DNA of 64,000 bases from Bdellovibrionales bacterium RIFOXYD12_FULL_39_22 (lineage in GTDB: Bacteria; Bdellovibrionota; Bacteriovoracia; Bacteriovoracales; Bacteriovoracaceae). A program made the position numbers and the translations under genes. Of this stretch, positions 39,795 through 49,750 are shown piece after piece. Positions within the stretch are counted from its first letter, which is position 1; each line of letters begins with the position of its first letter. The stretch spans positions 1 to 64,000 of the forward strand of contig MEQL01000047.1 in assembly GCA_001770205.1 (NCBI GenBank), in the 5' to 3' direction. The notes beneath the pieces are model-generated. The model had not been told where the DNA came from and ran no database searches. It was given only the letters and a program-made list of their open reading frames with translations.

Positions 39795-40160
39795 ATGGTA
39801 ACTTCATTAATGGTTTTGCAAGCGATTATATCTGTTTTAATTATCCTTCTTGTACTTATTCAGTTTGGTAAAGGTGCAGAAGCTGGGTTAATCGGCGGAA
39901 CTTCTGATTCTGTTTTTTCTGGTGCACAACAGGGCAATATCTTAACAAAAATCACTACTATTTTGGCCATTATTTTTATGGGAAATTCAATTTATTTGGC
40001 CAAAGTTCAAAGTAGCTCGGCCAATAAATCACTTCTTGATAACGAAGTAGTCACTCGTCCACTAAATAGCGATAAGGCCGACAAAAAAGATACGGCCACC
40101 ACTCCACCAACGGCCGAAACAGAAAAAACAAATAACGCCAAAACTACTGACAAAAAGTAA
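39795..40160 (+). CDS. secG: Preprotein translocase subunit SecG
   Basis: Two TM helices, VLIQFGKGAEAG, LTKITT; follows tpiA. Confidence 0.93.
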   Translation: MVTSLMVLQAIISVLIILLVLIQFGKGAEAGLIGGTSDSVFSGAQQGNILTKITTILAIIFMGNSIYLAKVQSSSANKSLLDNEVVTRPLNSDKADKKDTATTPPTAETEKTNNAKTTDKK

Positions 40161-40241
40161 TCTTCAGCGCTAAAATACACCATCATAAATTAGCTATTGC
40201 AGTTAGTAGCTATATTCAGCAGGTGGTGTATTTTGAAAACA

Positions 40242-41267
40242 ATGAAATCTCTTATAAAAAAAGATGCCCGCCGCGGCCTCTGGTTGGATGACTCTCCAAT
40301 CCCTACTCCCAAGTCAAACGAAGTAAAAATAAAAATAAAAAAAACGGCCATCTGTGGAACCGATCTACACATCTATAACTGGGATGCTTGGTCGCAAAAA
40401 ACTATAAAAACTCCGATGATTATCGGCCACGAATATTTAGGGGAAGTGGAGGCGGTAGGAGATCATGTTACCGCTTATAAAAAAGGAGATCTCGTTAGCG
40501 GCGAAGGCCATATTGTCTGTGGCCGTTGTCGTAACTGCTTGGCCGGCAGGCGGCATCTCTGTCCAAATACCTTTGGCGTAGGAGTTAATCGCGACGGCGC
40601 CTTTGCCGAATATCTCTGCATCCCCGATGTCAACGTCTGGCCTTGTGACAAAAAAATTAATCCCGATGTTTTATCTATCTTTGATCCTTTTGGAAATGCC
40701 GTTCACACCGCCCTCTCCTATGATCTTTTGGGAGAAGATATCCTAATAACCGGCGCTGGGCCCATTGGCATTATGGCGGTGGCCATTGCTAAACATGCCG
40801 GTGCACGTCACATTGTTATTACCGACGTCAATGAGTATCGTCTGGAGTTAGCGCGAAAAATGGGTGCCACCGTGGCCTTGAATGTAAAAAATGGGAACTT
40901 AAAAGATACGATGAATGCACTAGGTATGAAGGAGGGCTTTGATGTGGGACTAGAGATGTCCGGTAACCCTCTGGCATTTAACGACATGCTGGGAAATATG
41001 GTGCATGGTGGGAAAATTGCTATGTTAGGCATCATGCCGACGGAGACTAAAATTGATTGGAACACTGTCGTCTTTAATGGACTTTTTATTAAAGGTATCT
41101 ACGGCCGAGAAATGTTTGAAACCTGGTATAAAATGACGGCAATGATTCAGGGAGGACTTGATGTATCTCCCGTCATAACTCATAAATTTCCCTATACTAA
41201 ATTTGAAGAGGCCTTTGAACTAATGAATAGTGGTATGTCGGGAAAAATTATTCTCGATTGGCAATAA
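40242..41267 (+). CDS. tdh: L-threonine 3-dehydrogenase
   Basis: [36 protein letters not shown]; start ATG 40242. Confidence 0.97.
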   Translation: MKSLIKKDARRGLWLDDSPIPTPKSNEVKIKIKKTAICGTDLHIYNWDAWSQKTIKTPMIIGHEYLGEVEAVGDHVTAYKKGDLVSGEGHIVCGRCRNCLAGRRHLCPNTFGVGVNRDGAFAEYLCIPDVNVWPCDKKINPDVLSIFDPFGNAVHTALSYDLLGEDILITGAGPIGIMAVAIAKHAGARHIVITDVNEYRLELARKMGATVALNVKNGNLKDTMNALGMKEGFDVGLEMSGNPLAFNDMLGNMVHGGKIAMLGIMPTETKIDWNTVVFNGLFIKGIYGREMFETWYKMTAMIQGGLDVSPVITHKFPYTKFEEAFELMNSGMSGKIILDWQ

Positions 41268-41290
41268 TTGGCAATAAAGGAGCATATTGC

Positions 41291-42478
41291 ATGTACGGAT
41301 CATTTAAACAACACCTACAAAAAGAATTAGCAACTATAAAAGAAAAAGGACTGTACAAAACTGAACGAGTAATCAACTCGCATCAGGCGGCCAAAATCAA
41401 AGTTTCTGCGGTTAAAGATGTACTAAATTTTTGTGCCAATAACTATCTAGGCCTCTCTTCCCATCCAGAGGTAGTCAAGGCCGCGCAAGATAGTTACAAA
41501 GATTGGGGATATGGTTTATCCTCTGTGCGCTTTATCTGTGGTACACAACAAATTCATAAAGATCTGGAAGATAAGCTTTCTCATTTTTTAAAGACAGAAG
41601 ATACTATCCTCTATACTTCCTGCTTTGATGCTAATGGCGGATTATTTGAAACACTACTGACAGAAGAAGATGCTATCATTAGCGATGAACTAAATCATGC
41701 AAGTATCATCGATGGTGTTCGTCTCTGTAAGGCCTCCAAATATCGCTACAAAAATAATGATATGCGATCACTCGAAGAGAATTTAAAAGAAGCTGTCTCT
41801 AAATCACCACGCTTTAAACTCATTGTTACGGATGGCGTATTTTCCATGGATGGATATATTGCAAACTTAAGAGCTATCTGTGACCTGGCAGATAAATATG
41901 ATGCTCTTGTTATGGTAGACGACTCTCACGCCGTTGGCTTTATCGGAAAAACAGGCCGTGGCACCCATGAATATTGTGATGTGGTCGGACGTGTGGATAT
42001 TATTACCGGAACTTTAGGTAAAGCACTGGGAGGGGCCAATGGTGGATACACTTCCGGCCGACGAGAGATCATTGATCTTCTTCGTCAACGCTCTCGCCCA
42101 TATCTTTTTTCTAACAGCGTTGCTCCCAGTATTGTGAAGGCATCACTTAAGGCACTTGAACTTTTATCGTCTTCTGCTTTACGAGAAAAGCTTATGAGCA
42201 ATACGGCCATGTTTCGTGCCGGCATGGAAAAAAATGGTTTCAATATTTTGCCTGGAACTCACCCGATTGTTCCAGTTATGCTAGGTGATGCCAAGCTAGC
42301 GCAAGAGATGTCTTCTCGCCTTCTGGAAAAAGGAGTCTACGTCATCGGTTTTTTCTATCCGGTGGTTCCCATGGATCGTGCACGTATCCGCGTACAAATT
42401 TCTGCTGGCCACAATGAAGATGACATTAAATTTGCCATAGAAAAATTTGCAGAAGTAAAAAAAGAGATGAAACTTTAA
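41291..42478 (+). CDS. kbl: Glycine C-acetyltransferase
   Basis: [38 protein letters not shown]; start ATG 41291. Confidence 0.97.
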   Translation: MYGSFKQHLQKELATIKEKGLYKTERVINSHQAAKIKVSAVKDVLNFCANNYLGLSSHPEVVKAAQDSYKDWGYGLSSVRFICGTQQIHKDLEDKLSHFLKTEDTILYTSCFDANGGLFETLLTEEDAIISDELNHASIIDGVRLCKASKYRYKNNDMRSLEENLKEAVSKSPRFKLIVTDGVFSMDGYIANLRAICDLADKYDALVMVDDSHAVGFIGKTGRGTHEYCDVVGRVDIITGTLGKALGGANGGYTSGRREIIDLLRQRSRPYLFSNSVAPSIVKASLKALELLSSSALREKLMSNTAMFRAGMEKNGFNILPGTHPIVPVMLGDAKLAQEMSSRLLEKGVYVIGFFYPVVPMDRARIRVQISAGHNEDDIKFAIEKFAEVKKEMKL

Positions 42479-42594
42479 TGTAAGACCTTTATTGAGGCAG
42501 TTAAACAGATCCAACTAAGACAATTCCTACAAGCAAACGGCCCTAGGTTGCTCTGACATTACCGACAATCCGATTATCATCACTTCTTAAAAAG

Positions 42595-42611
42595 TGTAGA
42601 TTCCAGGCCCC
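42595..42611 (+). promoter_or_regulatory. Motif TGTAGATTCCAG(G)CCCC, copy A
   Basis: Same motif at 47753-47768; each starts about 50 nt upstream of a small ORF. Confidence 0.5.
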
Positions 42612-42645
42612 AAGAAAAATAAAGCGAAATTAAAAGGACTGGAAT

Positions 42646-42864
42646 ATGAAAACATGTGAATATCGAAGAAATCGTACTAACAGAATAAATAAGAGTAACA
42701 ACTGCGGACATCACTACCGAGGACAAAGTAGTAGAGCGTTAGTTAGTAGCAAATCATGTTTTCGCGGAATAAATCAAGTTGGCAGATTTATCCGAGAGAC
42801 GAAAGAAGAAGCTGCCATTATGGAGGCCGCTGGACAATCGGCCGGAATATTTTTCTGTATCTAA
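42646..42864 (+). CDS. Small hypothetical protein
   Basis: AAGGA RBS; shares upstream motif with ORF 47802. Confidence 0.4.
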   Translation: MKTCEYRRNRTNRINKSNNCGHHYRGQSSRALVSSKSCFRGINQVGRFIRETKEEAAIMEAAGQSAGIFFCI

Positions 42865-42967
42865 TCGAGGAGGTTATCCATGCGAATTAGCATTGATTTT
42901 GCCAGAGGAATTATCCTATTAACGGCGCTCACTGTATATATCTGGCAGGCACACACGGATTTTAGTA

Positions 42968-43993
42968 CTATTTACTCTCGTACAATTGGCCTCTCTCCGC
43001 CTTCAATGGAAAAACCAGATTTATCTCCGTTCCAATCTCAATATCTGGCATTGATTGAATAGTCAGTTTTCCTTTTAATTGCTCTGTCAGTTCTTCAACT
43101 AACTGCAGTCCAAGGGTTTTTGCATTGCTATAATCAAAATTTTTGAAAAAACCCACGCCATTATCTTTAACTTTCAATTGACAGTTCTCATCAGTACTAT
43201 CGAGGGAAACTTCCATCCCTCCACACGTCTGGCCAACAAACGCATACTTTAAAACATTGATAACAAGCTCTCCAATTATTAATCCGCAAGGAATAGCAGT
43301 ATCTATATCCAACGTTATCTTGGATAACTTTAAAGATACCGTAAATTTGTCTCCCATTTTGTTATATGACAAGATCAGATCAGAAACAAGAGTTTCAACA
43401 TAGTCTGAAAAATCAATCTCGGCAGTATTGTTTGCTCGGTATAGTTTTTCATGAACCATGGCCATGGCCTTAATTCGATGCTGTCCATCTATCAACATCT
43501 CTTGCAGCTGCTTATTCTGAGAAGTGCTGGCCTGTAAACTGAGAAGACTAGATATAATATCCATATTGTTTTTAACTCTATGATGAATCTCCTTTAAAAG
43601 AATCTCTTTCTCATGTAATGATTTTTTAATTTGCTCTTCCGACTGCTTGCGCTCAGTAATATCTTCTAAAATCCAGATTGTCCCCTGCTCCATATCTGGT
43701 GGTGCCACTGCCTTGCCATAGAAGCGCACAAAAATATGAGTTCCGTCTCGACGAACCAACTCCTGTATACTCTCAAACGTATGTCCAGCGGCCATTGGCG
43801 GATATGACTCGTCATGAAATTTTTCATATGCTTCTTGCGATGGATATAAAAATCTGGTTGTTTGATTTTTAAAATCTTCCTTTTGGTACTGAAAAATTTC
43901 CTCCATTTTTTTATTTGCCCAGACTTGCTTTTTATTCACAATCATTATGATACATATCGGCACAGTATCCAAAATAATTTGTTGCATGCGCAT
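42968..43993 (-). CDS. PAS sensor histidine kinase (HisKA_2 type)
   Basis: PAS domain; LLKEIHHRVKNN, ELVINVLKYAF, DNGVG, LGLQLV. Confidence 0.92.
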   Translation of the reverse strand: MRMQQIILDTVPICIIMIVNKKQVWANKKMEEIFQYQKEDFKNQTTRFLYPSQEAYEKFHDESYPPMAAGHTFESIQELVRRDGTHIFVRFYGKAVAPPDMEQGTIWILEDITERKQSEEQIKKSLHEKEILLKEIHHRVKNNMDIISSLLSLQASTSQNKQLQEMLIDGQHRIKAMAMVHEKLYRANNTAEIDFSDYVETLVSDLILSYNKMGDKFTVSLKLSKITLDIDTAIPCGLIIGELVINVLKYAFVGQTCGGMEVSLDSTDENCQLKVKDNGVGFFKNFDYSNAKTLGLQLVEELTEQLKGKLTIQSMPDIEIGTEINLVFPLKAERGQLYESK

Positions 43994-44083
43994 TATTGCC
44001 TTAACTTGTTTTTCCTCTACTTTTTTTTTGAAAATATATTTCCCCTTTTGCCACTAGCTAAAAGTGGCCACAAAGAATGGCCC

Positions 44084-44713
44084 TTATACTATTTTATACT
44101 GTATTACATAGCGGACAATGTCAGCGCTGTTTTTTAAATTAAGTTTCTCCAAAATCCTAGTTCGATAAGTACTTACTGTTTTAACACTTAAAACGAGGTC
44201 ATCGGCAATCTCCGACACGGAAAAGCCAATTCCAATTCGTCTCATTACATCAAACTCGCGATTAGATAATTGCTTATGTGGAACACCATCTGTTTCATGT
44301 ACAATGGATTCCACCAAGCTATCGGCCAGGCGATGAGACAGATATTTTTCTCCTCGCGCTACTTGCCTTATGGCCGCCACTAAATCTGTCGAGATAGCTT
44401 CTTTAGATAGATACCCGAAGGCCCCTGCTTTAAAAGCACGAATGGCATATTGATCTTCTGGCTGAGAAGTTAGAACCAAAACTTTTGATTGCATGCCTCT
44501 CTCTTTTATTTCTCGCAAAATATCAAGGCCACCTCTTCCGGGGAGTGTTAAATCCAGAATAATCACTTGCCAGTCTTGATCATTAAGTTTTGCAAAAAAC
44601 TCACCCGCACTACCAACCTCAGAGGTAACAACCACATCATCGGTCTCAGATAAAATTACCTTTAGTCCGGCCCTGGCAATCGGATGATCATCAACGATAC
44701 ATACCGAAATCAT
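44084..44713 (-). CDS. NarL/LuxR response regulator (UvrY/GacA-like)
   Basis: VDDH...LDLTLPG receiver; LSNRE...LSVKTVSTYRTRILEKL HTH. Confidence 0.93.
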   Translation of the reverse strand: MISVCIVDDHPIARAGLKVILSETDDVVVTSEVGSAGEFFAKLNDQDWQVIILDLTLPGRGGLDILREIKERGMQSKVLVLTSQPEDQYAIRAFKAGAFGYLSKEAISTDLVAAIRQVARGEKYLSHRLADSLVESIVHETDGVPHKQLSNREFDVMRRIGIGFSVSEIADDLVLSVKTVSTYRTRILEKLNLKNSADIVRYVIQYKIV

Positions 44714-44818
44714 AATTTGCTCCCTGTATATTGTCTTAAAAAAAATAGTAACACAATTCTAACTAAAAACAAGCTATACAGGGTATTCTCTACAATGAAT
44801 GATCTATAATAGTCAGTA

Positions 44819-44836
44819 TGTAGGAGTCTTCTTACG
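44819..44836. promoter_or_regulatory. GacA-box-like palindrome in the divergent promoter region
   Basis: TGTAGG-N6-CTTACG vs TGTAAG-N6-CTTACA. Confidence 0.45.
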
Positions 44837-44901
44837 TGCAAATACGCTGTGTGATATGGTTTTACTTAAGTATATCAGATAGAATCATGAGAGGAAAATA
44901 T

Positions 44902-46005
44902 ATGAATAAAAAAACCGTGATAATTGTCGAGGACGAGGCCATCATTAGACTCCGAATAAAATCAGATATGGAGCAAAATAATTTCGAAGTTATTGGCCAT
45001 TATGCTTCAGGAGAAGATGCTTTGGCGGCAATCGAAAAACAAATCCCCAATTTAATACTCATGGACATTCATTTAAGCGGTACGCTAGATGGTATTGAAA
45101 CGGCAGATCTAATTTTACAAAAACATAACCTTCCCCTAATATTTCTCACCGCTCATGCGGAAGAAGAAACTCTTATTCTGGCCCGCGCTGTCAATCCCTA
45201 TGGTTATCTTCTAAAACCTTTTACGAGCGATGCTCTGCGTGCCACTGTCAAAATGGCCATCTATAAACATCAACTTGATTGCGATAAATTAACGCTTACC
45301 CGAGAACTTCAAAAAAAAATGGATGAATTACTGCATCTAAATAACGAACTTAAAGAGTTTGCCCACGTCATATCTCACGATTTAAAAGATCCTCTCGCCA
45401 TGGTTAAAAGCTGCTGTCAGCAACTCCAACAAAAGGCCAGCGATAATCTTGACGAGAAGTCCAACAATTATTTAAGCTATGCTATTGAAGGCTCACGACG
45501 AATGGAGTCTTTGATCGATTCTCTTCTAGAATATTCGCGAATTGGCAAGCTTGAACAAAACGCTTTTACGCCAGTAGATCTTCAGGAAGTTGTTGCAGTA
45601 GCAAAAATCAATCTATCAAAAAAAATAGTAGAAACAAACGCACAAATTGTCTGCGCACCTCTGCCAACTGTTAAAGGTAACTCTTCTGGCCTTGTTCAGG
45701 TTTTTCAAAATCTTCTATCAAACGCTATTAAGTTTTCACCAGCGGATCCAATTATCAGAATTGAATATAAGCTACTAAAAAATATTCACCAGATCTCAGT
45801 TTGTGATAATGGGATTGGTATCCCCGCTGAAAGCGCGGAAAAAGTTTTTCAAATCTTTGAAAGACTCCACAGCGAAGAGGAATATCCAGGTACAGGAATG
45901 GGTCTAACCATATGTCGTAAAATCATAAAACATCATGGTGGTAATATTTGGGTTAGTAATACTTCCACGAAAGGAACCACCATAGTTTTTGAGTTACCAG
46001 TATGA
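44902..46005 (+). CDS. Receiver-HisKA-HATPase hybrid kinase
   Basis: VEDE...LMDIHL.G..DG receiver; FAHVISHDLKDPL, NLLSNAIKF, DNGIG, GTGMGL; start ATG 44902. Confidence 0.92.
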   Translation: MNKKTVIIVEDEAIIRLRIKSDMEQNNFEVIGHYASGEDALAAIEKQIPNLILMDIHLSGTLDGIETADLILQKHNLPLIFLTAHAEEETLILARAVNPYGYLLKPFTSDALRATVKMAIYKHQLDCDKLTLTRELQKKMDELLHLNNELKEFAHVISHDLKDPLAMVKSCCQQLQQKASDNLDEKSNNYLSYAIEGSRRMESLIDSLLEYSRIGKLEQNAFTPVDLQEVVAVAKINLSKKIVETNAQIVCAPLPTVKGNSSGLVQVFQNLLSNAIKFSPADPIIRIEYKLLKNIHQISVCDNGIGIPAESAEKVFQIFERLHSEEEYPGTGMGLTICRKIIKHHGGNIWVSNTSTKGTTIVFELPV

Positions 46006-47684
46006 TAAAAATAAAAACCTTAATTTCCCTAATCGTTTTGTCATTTTTTCCTGTAACCTTTATAGCTCTTCGCGACGACAAGCTTTTTGGCCGTGCAACA
46101 CTGCTAACTCTTGCCTGCACATTTCTTTTTTTATTAATCATAAGATTAATTACCTCTATGGCCACAAAACATAACAGTAAAAATCCATCGAGCAATTATG
46201 AAGACGAGTCTAGCATTACTAAAATCAAAATTCTTCAGACCAGCTTAGATCATCTTGCTAATGAACAAAAGGCCATTTTAGAAACGGCCAATATTGGTTT
46301 TTTAAAAGTAATTGATCTCAAAATAGTCTGGATCAATCACAAGACTGAAGAGATGCTTCAATACAGTAAAGATGAATTAATTGGTAAATCAACCCAAATT
46401 CTATACCCTTCCGAAGAAACCTACTCTAAATTTGCTGAATCCTATGCCATTATGACAACTGGGAAAATTTATGAAACAGAGGCAATCGTTCTGAAAAAAG
46501 ATGGAACCCCTTTAGAAGTTCATTTTAACGGGAAGGCAATTAATCCATCCGATCCATCTATGGGGGTTCTATGGGTGCTTGAAGATTGCACAGCGCGTAA
46601 TCAAACAGACCGGGCCCTCCGTGCCAGTGAAGAGAAATATCGCATCGGACAAGCACTATTACTCGCAGTAGCAGAAGGTACCTCCGATGGAATTTACGTT
46701 AAAGACACTTCCGGCCGATATTTACTTGTAAATTCTGCCGCGGCCAATTTTTTTGGCCATCCGGTAAAAGAAATATTAGGCAAAGATGATACTTTTATTT
46801 TTCCTCAGCAAGAGGCAGAAAAAATTATTGCGAGTGATAAAAATGCCATCACCAAGCTTCCTGAAACTTACGAAGAAGCTCATATCATAGCTGGGATGCA
46901 ACGTTTTTTTTCAATTACAAAAGGGCCCGTCTTCAATTCTAAAGGAATTGCTTTTGGAACCTTTGGAATCTCACGCGAAATAACTGCCCATCGACATAGT
47001 GAAGATAAAATTAAAAATAACCTACGAGAAAAAGAAATTCTATTAAAAGAAATTAATCATCGAGTTAAAAACAATATGGCCATAATCTCCAGTCTTTTGA
47101 GCTTACAGGCCGCTAATGTTAAAGACAAATCAATACAAGAAGCACTGGCCGAGGGACAGCGTAGGATTAACTCAATGGCCCTCATTCATCAACAACTCTA
47201 TAGTTCAAAAAACTTAGCGCAGGTAGATTTTGGTCAATTCGTTAAGACAATCTCTAGCGAGATTGCTGAAACTTTTCGATGGCAAGAAAAAAAACCTAAT
47301 ATTAATATTAACGTCCAAGAGATTACCCTAGATATTGCATTGGCCATCCCCTGTGCTCTCATTGTCAACGAACTTTTGACCAACGCATTTAAATATGCCT
47401 TTCCATCTAGCTCCAATTGGCCAGATAAAACAATCTCCATAACAATGGAGCACCATCAAAATAAAAATTTTCTTTTGTCCATAGCAGACAATGGCCATGG
47501 CCTTCCTAAAGAAAAGCAGTGGCGCCAGTCCAATGCACTTGGCCTTCAACTAGTTATTGCACTTGTTGAACAAATTAAAGGCAATTTAAAAATACTATCG
47601 ACAAGCGATAATATTATTGGAACTCAAATAACAATCGAATTTAACAAAATAGAAAATAACTTCTCTAGAAAAGTAATGCCATGA
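46002..47684 (+). CDS. Membrane PAS-PAS histidine kinase (HisKA_2 type)
   Basis: Two N-terminal TM helices, two PAS domains, LLKEINHRVKNN, ELLTNAFKYAF, DNGHG. Confidence 0.92.
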   Translation: MIKIKTLISLIVLSFFPVTFIALRDDKLFGRATLLTLACTFLFLLIIRLITSMATKHNSKNPSSNYEDESSITKIKILQTSLDHLANEQKAILETANIGFLKVIDLKIVWINHKTEEMLQYSKDELIGKSTQILYPSEETYSKFAESYAIMTTGKIYETEAIVLKKDGTPLEVHFNGKAINPSDPSMGVLWVLEDCTARNQTDRALRASEEKYRIGQALLLAVAEGTSDGIYVKDTSGRYLLVNSAAANFFGHPVKEILGKDDTFIFPQQEAEKIIASDKNAITKLPETYEEAHIIAGMQRFFSITKGPVFNSKGIAFGTFGISREITAHRHSEDKIKNNLREKEILLKEINHRVKNNMAIISSLLSLQAANVKDKSIQEALAEGQRRINSMALIHQQLYSSKNLAQVDFGQFVKTISSEIAETFRWQEKKPNININVQEITLDIALAIPCALIVNELLTNAFKYAFPSSSNWPDKTISITMEHHQNKNFLLSIADNGHGLPKEKQWRQSNALGLQLVIALVEQIKGNLKILSTSDNIIGTQITIEFNKIENNFSRKVMP

Positions 47685-47752
47685 GCAATACTTTATCGGA
47701 ATAATCCCACATTGATTTATCATTTTACTGATTACTAGTTAATACTAAATAC

Positions 47753-47768
47753 TGTAGATTCCAGCCCC
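47753..47768 (+). promoter_or_regulatory. Motif TGTAGATTCCAGCCCC, copy B
   Basis: Matches 42595-42611. Confidence 0.5.
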
Positions 47769-47801
47769 ACAAAGCATTAATAGTAATCTAACAAAGGATA
47801 A

Positions 47802-47996
47802 ATGATGAGAATCCCTCGAGAAAAAAAGAGCTACAACATACGACGATGGAATAACCGAAAAGAGTGTATTTGCAGCTTATGTGGAAATCATTTTAAAGCG
47901 ACAGGAAACTTTAGTCGCTTTTGTAAACGATGTAAGGAAGAGAGTGAAGTGCTTATGTCCGTCGGAGACTTTCCTGAAACCATCCATTGCCCTTAG
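47802..47996 (+). CDS. Small Zn-ribbon-like protein
   Basis: CSLC...F...RFCKRC; AAGGA RBS. Confidence 0.65.
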   Translation: MMRIPREKKSYNIRRWNNRKECICSLCGNHFKATGNFSRFCKRCKEESEVLMSVGDFPETIHCP

Positions 47997-48075
47997 GCAT
48001 GCTTAGCGTAACTCCAAAAATATTATATAAACTAATGTAAATGGCCGATGAGTAGAATACTGGATGAAAATTTTG

Positions 48076-49437
48076 TTATTCTATAAATTCTAAAACCCGT
48101 TCAATCAAATAATGTGGTAATTGTATTAAGGTGAATTTTGCATTTCTATAATCAACCATAATTTTTTGCGCAGGATTACTTGAAAACTTAACTGCCTGAT
48201 CTGTTTTTTTATCCATAACAAACTGGGTTAGTGATTTGAGTGATCCTGTTTTTCCTGATTTGACTTCTATTGGAATAATTTTTGTTCCATGCTGTAACAC
48301 AAAATCAACTTCCGCATTATTGCTTTTGCCTTCCCTTAACCAATAATATAACTCAGGTTCTACATTTGTCTTTGCATATAGTAAATGTTGGCCAATAAAC
48401 TGTTCATGAATTGTTCCGCTTATTATTAGATTCGCTTCGCTGTTTTCATTTTCTAATATGCGCTCCAACGTTTGTCCACCTAGTCCACTCATCAATATGT
48501 GAAGTCCAACATCTAAAAATAAAAATTTATATGTATTTTCATCTTTTTGTGACGCGATCGGAATTCCAGAGCAGTTTGAATTATAAATAAGTCCCAATAC
48601 CTGGGCCTTGGCCAGAAGACCTATGGCCTTCTTTAATTCTCTAGATTGAATATCTGATGAAATATTTGAATATTTTATCTTCCTTCCTAGATTTGTTCCA
48701 GCATACTCAAAGATTTTTTCAAGACGTTCTTGAGGGATCATTTTTCGGTATTTATTAAAATCGTTTTTATAATTATAAATAATCGATCGCAAAGATTGCT
48801 CAGCGGCAGAATAGTTTTTTTCTAAACAACGCATTAACGCCTCAGGCATTCCGCCAAAAGAAAGATATCGATAAAAACTTTTTGTTAGCTGTTCGTGTAA
48901 GCTAGGGAGTGTTTCCCTAATTTGTATTTCCTTCCATTTTGAATAAAGTTTTGGATTTTCTTTTGCTAAGAATTCTGAAAAACGTATCGGCCCTAAAAAA
49001 TAGTAATCAACTCTTCCAACAGGCATTGAAAAATCAGCAGACTCAAGAACAAACTCAAGAAGTGAACCAGCACACACAATCGCTATATGCGGATGTTTTT
49101 CATAGAAATAACGAAGGCAGTGTAGGGCCTTTGGGATAGATTGAATTTCATCAAAAAAAATTAGTATCTTTTGAGTGCTGTTTAGCTGGACGTTTTGATC
49201 AATTTCAATATCGCTAATAATCTTTTCCACTTGCAGATTATTGAAGTAGCGTTCGTATTTTTTTTCTAATTCCAGGTTATATTCGAGAAGTTTAATATTT
49301 TCTGACTTGGCAAACATTCGTATGAGTGTTGATTTTCCTATTTGCCTGGCACCTCGAATAATCAACGGCTTTCTTGCAGAAGTGTTATGAAACCATTTTG
49401 CTAGATCTGTAATTGCATTTCTAAAAATCATGGCCAA
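48076..49437 (-). CDS. AAA ATPase with DUF4143 (copy 3)
   Basis: GARQIGKS, FFDEIQ, AGSLL, PVGRV, GGMPE, FLDVG, EVDFV...PIEVKSG. Confidence 0.9.
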   Translation of the reverse strand: MAMIFRNAITDLAKWFHNTSARKPLIIRGARQIGKSTLIRMFAKSENIKLLEYNLELEKKYERYFNNLQVEKIISDIEIDQNVQLNSTQKILIFFDEIQSIPKALHCLRYFYEKHPHIAIVCAGSLLEFVLESADFSMPVGRVDYYFLGPIRFSEFLAKENPKLYSKWKEIQIRETLPSLHEQLTKSFYRYLSFGGMPEALMRCLEKNYSAAEQSLRSIIYNYKNDFNKYRKMIPQERLEKIFEYAGTNLGRKIKYSNISSDIQSRELKKAIGLLAKAQVLGLIYNSNCSGIPIASQKDENTYKFLFLDVGLHILMSGLGGQTLERILENENSEANLIISGTIHEQFIGQHLLYAKTNVEPELYYWLREGKSNNAEVDFVLQHGTKIIPIEVKSGKTGSLKSLTQFVMDKKTDQAVKFSSNPAQKIMVDYRNAKFTLIQLPHYLIERVLEFIE

Positions 49438-49480
49438 ATTTCCAACTAATAAAGTAACTATGAGTAATCATAGAATACAA

Positions 49481-49540
49481 GCATGAAAAATGCCAATAAA
49501 ATATGCATATGCAGCATAAAAAATACCCATAAAATATGCA
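49481..49540. repeat. 27-bp direct repeat x2 upstream of ATPase copy 3
   Basis: GCATGAAAAATGCCAATAAAATATGCA (49481) vs GCATAAAAAATACCCATAAAATATGCA (49514), 24/27 identical, 33-bp period. Confidence 0.75.
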
Positions 49541-49640
49541 CAAAACAATATGGGTACCGGAAATTGAATTAGAGTAATCACGGATTTTCATTCTAAAAAG
49601 CTAAAGCTAAATCTAACCCTATTTTTTTATCCCAACCGAT

Positions 49641-49703
49641 CCCGAATTGACTCAGAATATCTGTTACCGAGGCTTGGTAACAGATATTCTGAGTCAATTC
49701 GGG
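49641..49703. repeat. Perfect 28-bp inverted repeat with 7-nt spacer
   Basis: CCCGAATTGACTCAGAATATCTGTTACC-GAGGCTT-GGTAACAGATATTCTGAGTCAATTCGGG. Confidence 0.95.
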
Positions 49704-49750
49704 GAATTTCATTTATTTAATAATTTCCTCATATATTCCGATACATTTAG

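Noticed and set aside
42630..42910. GGA-rich stretch as a Csr/Rsm-type sRNA downstream of a GacA-like box
   Set aside because: Few true ANGGA motifs, no clear hairpin loops or terminator, and an ORF with an RBS explains the region
42880..43062. 60-aa ORF with a strong GAGGAGG RBS
   Set aside because: Overlaps 95 nt of the conserved kinase C-terminus on the other strand; may be a truncated gene start but cannot be supported
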